DNA of 64,000 nucleotides from a virus: IMG/VR virus record IMGVR_UViG_3300045988_179945, positions 1 to 64,000 of that record; one strand, 5' to 3'. Shown piece by piece: positions 45,346 to 54,227 of this stretch (position 1 is its first letter; each line of letters starts with the position of its first letter). The notes under the pieces were generated by a model. It saw only the letters and a program-made list of their open reading frames with translations, ran no database searches and was not told where the DNA came from. The position numbers and the translations under genes were made by a program.

Positions 45346-46965
45346 TTGAGAAAGACCATCGACCAGAAAACCCTCTTAGACAGACGCTTCACCAGTCTGA
45401 GCGTCCTAGGACAGCACCTCTGGATGACGCTCCAAATACACCCGAAGACCAATGCCCTCGGCGTCTGCGACTGGACGTTCCGGAAAATCTCCGCATACTC
45501 TCGTGGCGGCACTCCTGAAATGCTTGAGCGAGCAGGTCGGGAGCTTGAGGGCGAAGGGCTTCTCGTCATAGACGCAGACAACGAAGAAGCCCTCCTGACC
45601 AACCATATAGACCTCAGCGCCGATTCCGGAACCGTCGAATCCGCTTATCTTGGAACAGCCAGCCCCCGACTGCGTGAAATCCTCGTCAGGGAACTGGATG
45701 ACCTGCGCCGTCAGGGGAAACGGTTCCCGTTCGCATGGGACGAAATCTCGGGCATTCTCGCCGAATCGGATGACGGAATCCCCGGCGGTCCCGCCGTTCC
45801 GGACAAGGAAGCAGACTACGGGTCTGCCGACATGCAGGACAGCTCCGGCGTCTACGTTCCCGTTCCTACGGTCGAACCGGAGACCGTTCCGGCAGTGCGG
45901 CCTGAAACCTGTACTGCAAAGACGGTCGAAGAGCCGGACGAAAACCCAACATCCTCCAAACCCGCCGAACCGGAGGAGCTGTCAGGCAAGAAGCGTCGTG
46001 GCCGCCCACGCAAGCATCCCCTCCCGCCCGAAGGGGAGGACAAGCCGAAGCGTCGTCGTGGCCGTCCACGCAAGTACAGGCCGGAACCCGTCGAACTGGC
46101 GGACGGAACCATGGAACCGTCTTTCGGCGAACCCATGACCATGGAACAGGTGGCGCTCATGCCCCAATACGATTCCGCCGCCCCAATCGACATCGACGAC
46201 GACGGCGACCCCATGTATGTGCAATGGGATGAAATCCCACAACAGCTGTGGTTCTGGCATCCGCTCCCGGAAGACTGGACTCCGACCGCCGAAGCCGCGC
46301 AACTGTACAAAGATTTGGGCGGCGGAAGCAAGACGACCGTCGAAGGGGCGGCAGACATGTTCCGTCGCCTGTACGACAGAAGCCTCTACACGGAGCGTGA
46401 CAACGGGTTCAAAGCCGCGCCGCTCCCCCCGGACAGGCTTTTCGTCCAACAGCTGCTCCACTGGCGTCGTGAAAAGGACGAGGAAAACGCCCGCAAGGCC
46501 AAGGAGGCCGACCTGAAAGCCGTCCAAACCGAAGAGGACGAGCCTATGGTCGAAGCCGACCCCGTATGGGGACAGTCCGACGAATACGACACCATCGACG
46601 TGGAACCCGAAGACGAACAACCGGAGGAGGCAACCCCTCCGACTCCGGAGGAGGAAGCTCCGAAAGTCCGCCACTACAAGCGAATGGTGCCAAAAGACTG
46701 GAAACCCAACCAGAAGCACATCGACCGAGCCGAGAAGCTGAACATCGACATAGACACGGAAGCGGAGAAGTTCTACAACTACAGCCATTCCAACGGCAAG
46801 AAATACTTGGACTTCGACCGCGCGTTCGACAACTGGCTCCTCAACGCAGACAAGTTCAACAGGAACAGGCAGAACACCGTACGCAAGACCCGTAGCGAGG
46901 AAGGATACGAACACAACATGAGCATGCTGGAAGAAGCACTCGCGCAAGCCGGATGGGACGCATGA
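45346..46965 (+). CDS. AT-hook protein with DnaD-like C-terminal domain (539 aa)
   Basis: TTG start; two GRPRK AT-hooks; acidic linker; C-terminal DnaD-like replication-organiser segment. Confidence 0.5.
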   Translation: MRKTIDQKTLLDRRFTSLSVLGQHLWMTLQIHPKTNALGVCDWTFRKISAYSRGGTPEMLERAGRELEGEGLLVIDADNEEALLTNHIDLSADSGTVESAYLGTASPRLREILVRELDDLRRQGKRFPFAWDEISGILAESDDGIPGGPAVPDKEADYGSADMQDSSGVYVPVPTVEPETVPAVRPETCTAKTVEEPDENPTSSKPAEPEELSGKKRRGRPRKHPLPPEGEDKPKRRRGRPRKYRPEPVELADGTMEPSFGEPMTMEQVALMPQYDSAAPIDIDDDGDPMYVQWDEIPQQLWFWHPLPEDWTPTAEAAQLYKDLGGGSKTTVEGAADMFRRLYDRSLYTERDNGFKAAPLPPDRLFVQQLLHWRREKDEENARKAKEADLKAVQTEEDEPMVEADPVWGQSDEYDTIDVEPEDEQPEEATPPTPEEEAPKVRHYKRMVPKDWKPNQKHIDRAEKLNIDIDTEAEKFYNYSHSNGKKYLDFDRAFDNWLLNADKFNRNRQNTVRKTRSEEGYEHNMSMLEEALAQAGWDA

Positions 46966-47636
46966 TGCCCCCACAGCAGCCGATTCAGAAAACATCGTCC
47001 CCCACTCCCGCTTCGAACGGGAAGCAACATCAACCCCGAGCCTACGAGCGTCCATGCGCCATAGCCCTGCTGACCCAAATCAACAGCCACTACGGAAACA
47101 AGCCTTTGGACGAAACGCAGGTGGACAATTTCATCAACGAAATCGACCATACGGTCAAAGCCGACGAAGCCCGCCAAGCCATCATCGAGTTCTTCAAAAC
47201 CCACTCGTCCAGAGACGCTTGGATAGTCCCATACGACATCAACCAGATGGTCAGAAGACAACGGCTCAGCCAAGTGCCGTCGCCAGCCGAAATCAGCCGA
47301 ATGCTGGACGGGTACGGCATCACCGACGCGAACACCGCATGGGGATTCCGACGCGGGCTGACCTACGCCATCTCAAAAGGCGCTTCGCCGGAACGCGCGA
47401 TTGAGTATGCGAGGAAACATTGCGATGACGTGAAAACCATCTCCAACACCCCCGACCAGTATCCGCAGCTCACCGCCGACGAAAACATCGGAAACAAGGA
47501 TGGCGTCACATCGTTTTCCGCACTGTTGAAAGACTTTCGTGATTGGAAGACTGCCGTATTACCACCTCCTTCTCTACCGAAAACAACACCACAATCCACA
47601 ACACCGACAAGAAAAAGGAAACCAGACAATGGCTGA
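46953..47636 (+). CDS. hypothetical protein (227 aa)
   Basis: ORF, overlapped starts. Confidence 0.45.
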   Translation: MGRMMPPQQPIQKTSSPTPASNGKQHQPRAYERPCAIALLTQINSHYGNKPLDETQVDNFINEIDHTVKADEARQAIIEFFKTHSSRDAWIVPYDINQMVRRQRLSQVPSPAEISRMLDGYGITDANTAWGFRRGLTYAISKGASPERAIEYARKHCDDVKTISNTPDQYPQLTADENIGNKDGVTSFSALLKDFRDWKTAVLPPPSLPKTTPQSTTPTRKRKPDNG

Positions 47637-48030
47637 CGTGACCACCAAACTCATCCACGACACCTTCATTCAGAACCGTCCCGACCACGTCGGACGAGAG
47701 GAAGCCGAAGAACTGTTCAACCACTGGCTCGAACTCCACGGCTTCCAGCCGGAGGAACAGCCCGCCGCCCCAACCGGATTCGAATACGAGACCATCCCCG
47801 CCGAAGAGGATTCCACACCGTCTCCCGACGACTTGGACGCCATCGCACTCGCATCCGACAACGCGGTCAACTCCGCCGCCATGCTCTCCGACGTATTGGA
47901 ATCCATGCCGGACGGCAGCAAGGAGGCGTTGACCTGCGCGTTGAACGACTTCGACTGCGCCGCCGAACACCTGCAAAGGCTGCTCGACGGATACGATTAC
48001 AAGCCTTTGGACGAACGGGAGGAACGGTGA
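47629..48030 (+). CDS. small acidic hypothetical protein (133 aa)
   Basis: AAGGAA RBS; D/E-rich. Confidence 0.5.
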   Translation: MADVTTKLIHDTFIQNRPDHVGREEAEELFNHWLELHGFQPEEQPAAPTGFEYETIPAEEDSTPSPDDLDAIALASDNAVNSAAMLSDVLESMPDGSKEALTCALNDFDCAAEHLQRLLDGYDYKPLDEREER

Positions 48031-48086
48031 AGTAGAAAAACACAGACACGACAGTCCACACACAAAAAGAAACCAAAAGGAAAACA

Positions 48087-50045
48087 TTGGAAACCAAAAC
48101 CCAAAGGAAAATCCCATTCATCGCGGCAGTGACCGCATTGACCATGCTCGTCTCCGCAAACGTGGCATTGGCCGCAGAGGTCGGCAACCCAATCATCGTG
48201 GACAAGACCAACATGTTCACGGCTGATGAAACCGTTGACCTGTTGGGCGGCGACTTGGGTGAGGCGGCGAACTTCGGTCTCGTCGGCTTCGACTCCATCC
48301 ATCTCAACGCGCACACAAACAGCAACATCGCCACCGAACACGCCTACATCGGAGCGGCCTTCGGCAATCACGCCAACGGAGTGGACGAGCCGGAAGTCAG
48401 CTACATGGACAAGGTTGACGGCAACATCAACGTCAGTCTGCCCGCCGACTCCAAAATCGTGTTCGGACAGTCCAACACCATCGGACAGACCGACAACGGC
48501 AACAGTTGGACGGTGAACGGCAACAAGCTGGAAATGCAGACCGGTGGAAGCCTACCGAAGTCGGAACGAGTGCTCAAGGACTCCAAGACCGTCAGATACC
48601 TTGACTTGAAGACCATGGAAAAGAGCATGACCAGCCTGTCAGCCAAGTGGTCGAAAACTCCGGAAGCCAACGCGACCCATGATTTCTCCGACATGAACAA
48701 GCGTCACATCGACGCCAACGGTGATGTCGCCCATATCAACATTGGCGCGAAGGAACTGCAAGGCAATCGGGTCACCGCCACCTTGGGGGAGAAGACCCGT
48801 CTTATCGTGAACGTGGACGCCGAAGGCGCGGACAATGTTACGTTGCCGCAATTGGACGTGGACGGCATCAGCCACGCCGAATACGCGGACTGGACAGACA
48901 AGTGCGTCATCTACAATCTGACCGACTCCAAAGCGAAGGACAGACAATACCACGGCAACGTCGGCACGGCGGGAGCCACCTCCTCCGTCATCCTCGCGCC
49001 CGAAGCGAATGTGGACGCATCCCAGAACGTCGAAGGGCAGATTATCGCCCAGAACGTGACCATCGGCGGCGAATTCCACCGCAACAGCGTGAACGTCCCC
49101 GTCGCCCGCCATGTGGAGGTGAAATTGGACGGTCAGGACAAGACCGAAACCACTCCGTTCGTCATGCCCCGGCCAGCCAAGGCACACTACCGTTTCACCG
49201 TCTGGACAACCAACCCGGACGGAACCGGCGACTCCTACAAGCCGGGCGAGACCGTGACTTCGATTCCGGAGAACACTACCCTGTATCCGCAATGGGAGGC
49301 GAAGCATGTGCTCCGCTATGACATGAACGGTGGCGACGGCCAGTATGAGGATTCCGACTTGCCAACCGACGTGTCCGACACGGTGCCGACCCGTGACGGT
49401 TATGAGTTTGACGGTTGGATGATTGATGGCGTCAAGGTCGATTCCGATAACACTGTTGAGGACAATGGTTCCGATGTGACCGTGGTCGCACAGTGGACTC
49501 CGGTTAAGCAGGATGTGACGCCGGCTAAACCGGACGCCCCATCCAAGGATGACGACAGCAAGACCGACAATGGTGGAAACGGTTCCGACGCTCCGAAGGA
49601 TGATAATACGGACACGCCGTCCAAGGGCGACAACAAGCCGGACGCTCCGAAAGGTGACGACAATACCGACACTCCATCAAAGGATGACGGGAACAAGACC
49701 GAAACCCCGAAGGATGACAATACCGACGTGCCGAACAAGCCGGACGCTCCAAAAGACGATACGGACACGCCGTCCAAGGATGACGGCAAATCCAATGATG
49801 ATACGGGTGCTCCCTCCGACGGCAAGAACGACGTGAACACTCCGAACGAGGACAAGAAGTCCGCCGACGCCGGTGACAACAAGACTGTGGACGTCAAGAA
49901 GAACGTTCAGCCCGCCCAACAGAACGAGCATGGTCTGGCCTCCACCGGAACCGCCGTCACCATCGCCCTCGCCGCACTGGTGATTCTGGTCGCGGCTGGT
50001 GCGACACTGCTTGTCGCCAAGCGTCGTCATGAGAATGAAAACTAG
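48087..50045 (+). CDS. cell-wall-anchored surface protein (LAxTG sortase substrate)
   Basis: TTG start; signal peptide; D/K/T/P-rich repeats; C-terminal LASTG plus hydrophobic segment plus KRRHENEN. Confidence 0.8.
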   Translation: METKTQRKIPFIAAVTALTMLVSANVALAAEVGNPIIVDKTNMFTADETVDLLGGDLGEAANFGLVGFDSIHLNAHTNSNIATEHAYIGAAFGNHANGVDEPEVSYMDKVDGNINVSLPADSKIVFGQSNTIGQTDNGNSWTVNGNKLEMQTGGSLPKSERVLKDSKTVRYLDLKTMEKSMTSLSAKWSKTPEANATHDFSDMNKRHIDANGDVAHINIGAKELQGNRVTATLGEKTRLIVNVDAEGADNVTLPQLDVDGISHAEYADWTDKCVIYNLTDSKAKDRQYHGNVGTAGATSSVILAPEANVDASQNVEGQIIAQNVTIGGEFHRNSVNVPVARHVEVKLDGQDKTETTPFVMPRPAKAHYRFTVWTTNPDGTGDSYKPGETVTSIPENTTLYPQWEAKHVLRYDMNGGDGQYEDSDLPTDVSDTVPTRDGYEFDGWMIDGVKVDSDNTVEDNGSDVTVVAQWTPVKQDVTPAKPDAPSKDDDSKTDNGGNGSDAPKDDNTDTPSKGDNKPDAPKGDDNTDTPSKDDGNKTETPKDDNTDVPNKPDAPKDDTDTPSKDDGKSNDDTGAPSDGKNDVNTPNEDKKSADAGDNKTVDVKKNVQPAQQNEHGLASTGTAVTIALAALVILVAAGATLLVAKRRHENEN

Positions 50046-50051
50046 CCGGTA

Positions 50052-50130
50052 GATTTGTCGGCTGTGAATCCGACAAATCGTCAGGTGATTGGGGTACTTC
50101 GACTGCAACGAGGTGCCCCAATTTTCCTTT
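50052..50130 (+). terminator. tandem hairpins (GATTTGTCGG/CCGACAAATC and ATTGGGG/CCCCAAT) plus T-tract
   Basis: perfect stems downstream of the surface-protein gene. Confidence 0.6.
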
Positions 50131-50180
50131 CGGCCTTTTAACTAAACTGGAACCAAGCACAAAGAAATACAGAAAAAACG

Positions 50181-51041
50181 ATGGTATATCGTAACCCTTG
50201 GCGTGAAGCCTGTGAAAACGCGAAACAGCTACTCCGATTAGGCTTGACGCCGGAGGAAGTGGTGGAGCGTACCAGACTGCCGAAAAGCACCATCGACAGG
50301 ATAGCCCCGCCCATCTTGCGGGAGAACGCCCAACGCAAGGCAGTCGAAGAAGCCGAACGAGCCGTGGAACGCGAACACAGGAAAGTACTCAAAGAAAAAT
50401 ACCCGTGCCCCATGTGCGGCAAAGGATACGGTATTGCGGACGGTGGTGTCACGACCGCGTTCCTGAACGGTGCCGTTCAGCCCGTGGACTCCACTGACGT
50501 TCCGGAATCGTCCCCGTTTTTCCGCCCATATTGGGCGCACTGCTCCAACAAGCGTTGCATCGCCCGGCTCATGTTCCCCCGAGATTCGGAGGAGGACGCG
50601 TTGGCCGCGTTCGTGTTGGGAGAGTGGGTGCGGCCTCACCCGTTCCGCAGTTTGAAGGACGGAACGGAGTGGACATGGTCACAGGTCGGACTGCGCAACG
50701 AAGTCATCCACTTGTTGGCGGACCACACCACGGAACAGGTCGAACAGCTTGGATTCAACCCGCCCGCCGTCGAGAAACTAGCGAACCAACTGGCGCTGCG
50801 GCGTATGGAACTGAATCCCGAGGAGGCGTTCGACACGACGCTCATGTGCCCCAAATGCGGACACAAGGGCGAATACCGCAAGGCCGTCAACCCGGTCACG
50901 CACAGGAAGACCAGCTGGGAATGCTGGTGGCGGGTCGGATGTCCCAAATGCGGTGCGAGGACAGTCAACTCGTTCCCGACCCAAGCACAGGCTCAATCCG
51001 CGTTCGAGGAGAACGACCTATTGCGGGAGCCTGAAAAATAG
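50181..51041 (+). CDS. tandem Lar-like zinc-ribbon (restriction-alleviation family) protein
   Basis: two CPxCG...CxxC(G)ART-x-aromatic...AQAQSAFEE segments resembling the Lar family. Confidence 0.5.
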   Translation: MVYRNPWREACENAKQLLRLGLTPEEVVERTRLPKSTIDRIAPPILRENAQRKAVEEAERAVEREHRKVLKEKYPCPMCGKGYGIADGGVTTAFLNGAVQPVDSTDVPESSPFFRPYWAHCSNKRCIARLMFPRDSEEDALAAFVLGEWVRPHPFRSLKDGTEWTWSQVGLRNEVIHLLADHTTEQVEQLGFNPPAVEKLANQLALRRMELNPEEAFDTTLMCPKCGHKGEYRKAVNPVTHRKTSWECWWRVGCPKCGARTVNSFPTQAQAQSAFEENDLLREPEK

Positions 51042-51057
51042 GAAAGGCTAAAAAATA

Positions 51058-51948
51058 ATGGGACTATTCCAATTCCTTTCTAGACGGAAGCCTGAAAGTG
51101 AACCGGCCAAAGCCAGTCCGCCTTCACTCGCACAGGACAAGCTCAAAGCCGTCATATACGGTCTCGCCATCGGCGACGCCTTGGGCGTACCTTACGAATT
51201 CCAGCAAAGAGACACATTCACCTGCACGAGATTGACCGGACACGGAACCCACAACCAGCCAGCCGGAACTTGGAGCGACGACACCGCATTAAGCCTAGCC
51301 ACCTTGGACTCACTCAACAAATGCGATGGCAAAGTAGACGCGACAGACCTGATGATACGTTACAAAATGTGGCTGGAATACGGAATGTACATGCCGGACG
51401 GCAACACATACGATACCGGCATCACCGTCGCCACGGCCATCAGGTCGGGGCATGGTTGCGACGGTCTGGACGATAACGGCAACGGTTCGCTTATGCGGAT
51501 GTCCCCATGCGCCTTCTACCATTTGACCGACGAGGGAATCAGACAGGTCAGCGCCGTAACTCACGCGCATGAAATCAGCTTGACGGCGTGCGTGCAGTAC
51601 GTGCGAATCCTCGAAGGACTGGTGAACCATGTCCCTCCGCATAAGGCGATAACCGATTCGGGATTCCCGTTCGACCCGACGATTCCAAGAACGGAAGTGG
51701 AATCGGATGGTTTCGTGCTCCACACTTTGAACGCGGCACTCTGGTGTCTGACCAACACCGACAATTATCAGGACTGCGTGCTCACAGCAGTCAATCTCGG
51801 AGAGGATACAGACACCACGGCCAGTGTCGCGGGAGCCTTGGCCGGAGCCGTCTACGGTTTTGAGTCCATCCCCCAAGAATGGGTCGGAAAACTACGGGAA
51901 CGTGAGCTTATCGACATGTACGTTTCGGAAGCGACACGAAAATACTGA
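51058..51948 (+). CDS. ADP-ribosylglycohydrolase family protein
   Basis: GLAIGDALGVPYEF, SDDT and GEDTDTTA signatures. Confidence 0.85.
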   Translation: MGLFQFLSRRKPESEPAKASPPSLAQDKLKAVIYGLAIGDALGVPYEFQQRDTFTCTRLTGHGTHNQPAGTWSDDTALSLATLDSLNKCDGKVDATDLMIRYKMWLEYGMYMPDGNTYDTGITVATAIRSGHGCDGLDDNGNGSLMRMSPCAFYHLTDEGIRQVSAVTHAHEISLTACVQYVRILEGLVNHVPPHKAITDSGFPFDPTIPRTEVESDGFVLHTLNAALWCLTNTDNYQDCVLTAVNLGEDTDTTASVAGALAGAVYGFESIPQEWVGKLRERELIDMYVSEATRKY

Positions 51949-51961
51949 CCCCTTTCGGAGT

Positions 51962-53215
51962 ATGTTTTATTTAAAAAGAAACACACTCCTGAAAGGAAAA
52001 CCAATATTGAAATATCTACTGCTGATACTCATGCCATCATCCATCCTGCAATGGCTGCTCTTAATCGCATGCGTTGCGGGAGGATGGTTTCTATTCTCCA
52101 CCCGATTTGAAACCTCAAAGAAATCCGTCGAAACGGTCAACATATGGGGGGCTGTATTCGGTGTCGCGCTGTTCTACGGATTGAAGAACGGTCTCGGAGG
52201 ATTGGGTGACATGTTTATGTCGCTCAGCGGAACATACGTGGACGGGTACCCGCATCCGCAAGTCCCGCTAATCAACGCGTTCGTCGCCATTCCACGCATC
52301 TTCGTCAGCATCCTTTGCCTAAGTTTCGTATATGGACTCTACCAGCCAGTATCCAAAAAAGAGTACGAGGATTATGAAAAACAACGGCAGCAGGACGAAG
52401 CCAAGGAAGCCGAACAGTCTCTCAACCAGACAATCGACCAGATAGGTTCGGTTTTCAACCTCATCAAAGCGGAACCCGGACAGCCGAACTATCACGGGTA
52501 CAGGCTTGTGAACGAGGACAACGGCGGACAGCCGAACGCATTGTGGAACACCATGACCCCAACCAACATCCAACAGGCAAGAAACCAATTCCGCCTATAC
52601 GGCAACCCGGGTGGCGGACTGTCCCAATCGGACTTCTCCACGAACGAGATTCAGTCGGGGCAGAAAGGCGAACAGATTCTCGCCAACATGATTACCGGCA
52701 ACTGTCCTAACGTGGTTTCCTTCTGGTCGTTGCACGGGTTGGACAAACAACGCCGGTTCACTGACGCGGACATCGACTGCGTGATTGCCGGACAGGACAT
52801 GCAAGGAAAAACGCACTTGTGGTTCGTGGACGCGAAGAACTACAAAGGCAATGCGGATACGGCCTACCGTAATCTCACGTCGGACCAACTGTTGCGAATC
52901 AGCATCGGCCAGCACGCGTTCGAAACCGGCGTGGACGGTCGTCCGGATTTGAAACTTTCCTCGAACATGAACTGGCAGAGGGATATGTGGGCTTCCATGT
53001 TCTCTGGCAAGCCTGTTGAAGTGGAGTGGCTTGTCTGCATGGTGCCAACCTCCGATAAGGGCGTGCCGGATGTGAATGGCGTCATGTGGCCGGGGAATAT
53101 TCCTTGTGTGACGCCGGAGGAGCTGGTTCGACGTGTGAACGCTGTCGGCTTGGATTCGGTGCAGAACATTCCGTTGGATTGGTTGGACATGTTTAAGAGG
53201 CAGCTTAAGAAGTAG
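51962..53215 (+). CDS. membrane protein with NERD (nuclease-related) domain
   Basis: N-terminal TM helices; GQKGEQILANMI ... DIDCVIAG ... HLWFVDAKNYKG matches the NERD pattern. Confidence 0.5.
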   Translation: MFYLKRNTLLKGKPILKYLLLILMPSSILQWLLLIACVAGGWFLFSTRFETSKKSVETVNIWGAVFGVALFYGLKNGLGGLGDMFMSLSGTYVDGYPHPQVPLINAFVAIPRIFVSILCLSFVYGLYQPVSKKEYEDYEKQRQQDEAKEAEQSLNQTIDQIGSVFNLIKAEPGQPNYHGYRLVNEDNGGQPNALWNTMTPTNIQQARNQFRLYGNPGGGLSQSDFSTNEIQSGQKGEQILANMITGNCPNVVSFWSLHGLDKQRRFTDADIDCVIAGQDMQGKTHLWFVDAKNYKGNADTAYRNLTSDQLLRISIGQHAFETGVDGRPDLKLSSNMNWQRDMWASMFSGKPVEVEWLVCMVPTSDKGVPDVNGVMWPGNIPCVTPEELVRRVNAVGLDSVQNIPLDWLDMFKRQLKK

Positions 53216-53221
53216 AGGCGT

Positions 53222-53256
53222 GGCGCGGGTTTGTTCCCGCGCCTTTTGTTTTTGTG
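53222..53256 (+). terminator. intrinsic terminator GGCGCGGG-TTTGTT-CCCGCGCC plus T-tract
   Basis: 8-bp GC stem. Confidence 0.65.
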
Positions 53257-53281
53257 TGGGCGTGTCTCCACCACTAATTGA

Positions 53282-53305
53282 TATACTGGGATTGTTCACA
53301 CAAAA
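53282..53305 (+). promoter_or_regulatory. conserved promoter/operator motif copy (RBS fused directly to motif)
   Basis: TATACTGGGATTGTTCACACAAAAGGAG. Confidence 0.75.
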
Positions 53306-53316
53306 GGAGATTAGGA

Positions 53317-54147
53317 ATGCCAAGCCAAGCAACAATCCTCGTCCAACGCGGCCTCGTCAAAGCCGAAACAGCCACACAAAAAGACTGGCAGACCATCGAC
53401 AGTCTTCGAGACAAAAGATTCAGCCTCCCACTCGAATGGGAGCGAATCCAACAAATTCTCACCAATCATCCGAGCATCCGCCCATATCTATACCTCTCAA
53501 CAGGATTAGACGGACTCGTACTGCTCAACACAGACACGGGAGAAACCGCAAGCGCCCAACCCCTCATATTCGAAATCCTCTCAAACGAGAACGACACCAT
53601 GTTCCAAATGGTCGAACAATACGTTTGCAGATGGGATGAAACCACACCCACGAAAACCCTCATACGGCAAGGCAGAATAGACGAAGCCAAACAGCAGATA
53701 GAACATGCCACGATGTTAGCGCCGACAGCCCTGATGGAACTCGTCTACCAGCTCGTCCCATGGAGGGAACTGGCAGACGGGCAGTACCAGCGCTTGACGG
53801 CGTTGAATGTCAGAAAGAACGAGGAGTATCCCACACGCCAATTCGACAGGCATCTGGTCAGATTGCTCCGGCAGACCAAGCCTTGCGTTGGGGGAGAAGG
53901 GTCGTTGGAGAGGACGTTCGACAAGCCCATAACAGTGTATAGGGGTGAAATCGACAAGAGCGTGCATTTTGGTTTGAGTTGGACGACCAGCCTGAACGTG
54001 GCCCAAGGGTTCGCGGAACGATTCGGCAAGGAAGGAACCGTATATTCGACCGTCCTCAAACCCGAAGAAATATTGGCGGCCTATGCCAACGATGGTGAAC
54101 AGGAGGTTCTTGCCAAGGTTGACGCAAGCCGCGTGGAAGTGGTTTAG
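53317..54147 (+). CDS. hypothetical protein with ADP-ribosyltransferase-like (R-S-E) C-terminal motifs
   Basis: VYRGE ... SWTTSL ... GEQEVL in R / STS / [EQ]xE order and spacing. Confidence 0.45.
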   Translation: MPSQATILVQRGLVKAETATQKDWQTIDSLRDKRFSLPLEWERIQQILTNHPSIRPYLYLSTGLDGLVLLNTDTGETASAQPLIFEILSNENDTMFQMVEQYVCRWDETTPTKTLIRQGRIDEAKQQIEHATMLAPTALMELVYQLVPWRELADGQYQRLTALNVRKNEEYPTRQFDRHLVRLLRQTKPCVGGEGSLERTFDKPITVYRGEIDKSVHFGLSWTTSLNVAQGFAERFGKEGTVYSTVLKPEEILAAYANDGEQEVLAKVDASRVEVV

Positions 54148-54175
54148 GGGTGGCGTGTCACATATTTTCACATGG

Positions 54176-54199
54176 TATACTGGAATTGTTCACATAAAG
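54176..54199 (+). promoter_or_regulatory. conserved promoter motif copy, orphan (no gene; points into 3' end of a convergent gene)
   Basis: TATACTGGAATTGTTCACATAAAG plus AAAGGAG RBS plus TTG-initiated 13-codon ORF. Confidence 0.6.
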
Positions 54200-54227
54200 A
54201 AGTTCTTAAAGGAGACTAAATTGACTG

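Noticed and set aside
45131-45349. 72-aa plus-strand ORF in the XRE divergent intergenic region
   Set aside because: It lies in an AT-rich promoter region with no RBS. The Arg-rich sequence looks like noise.
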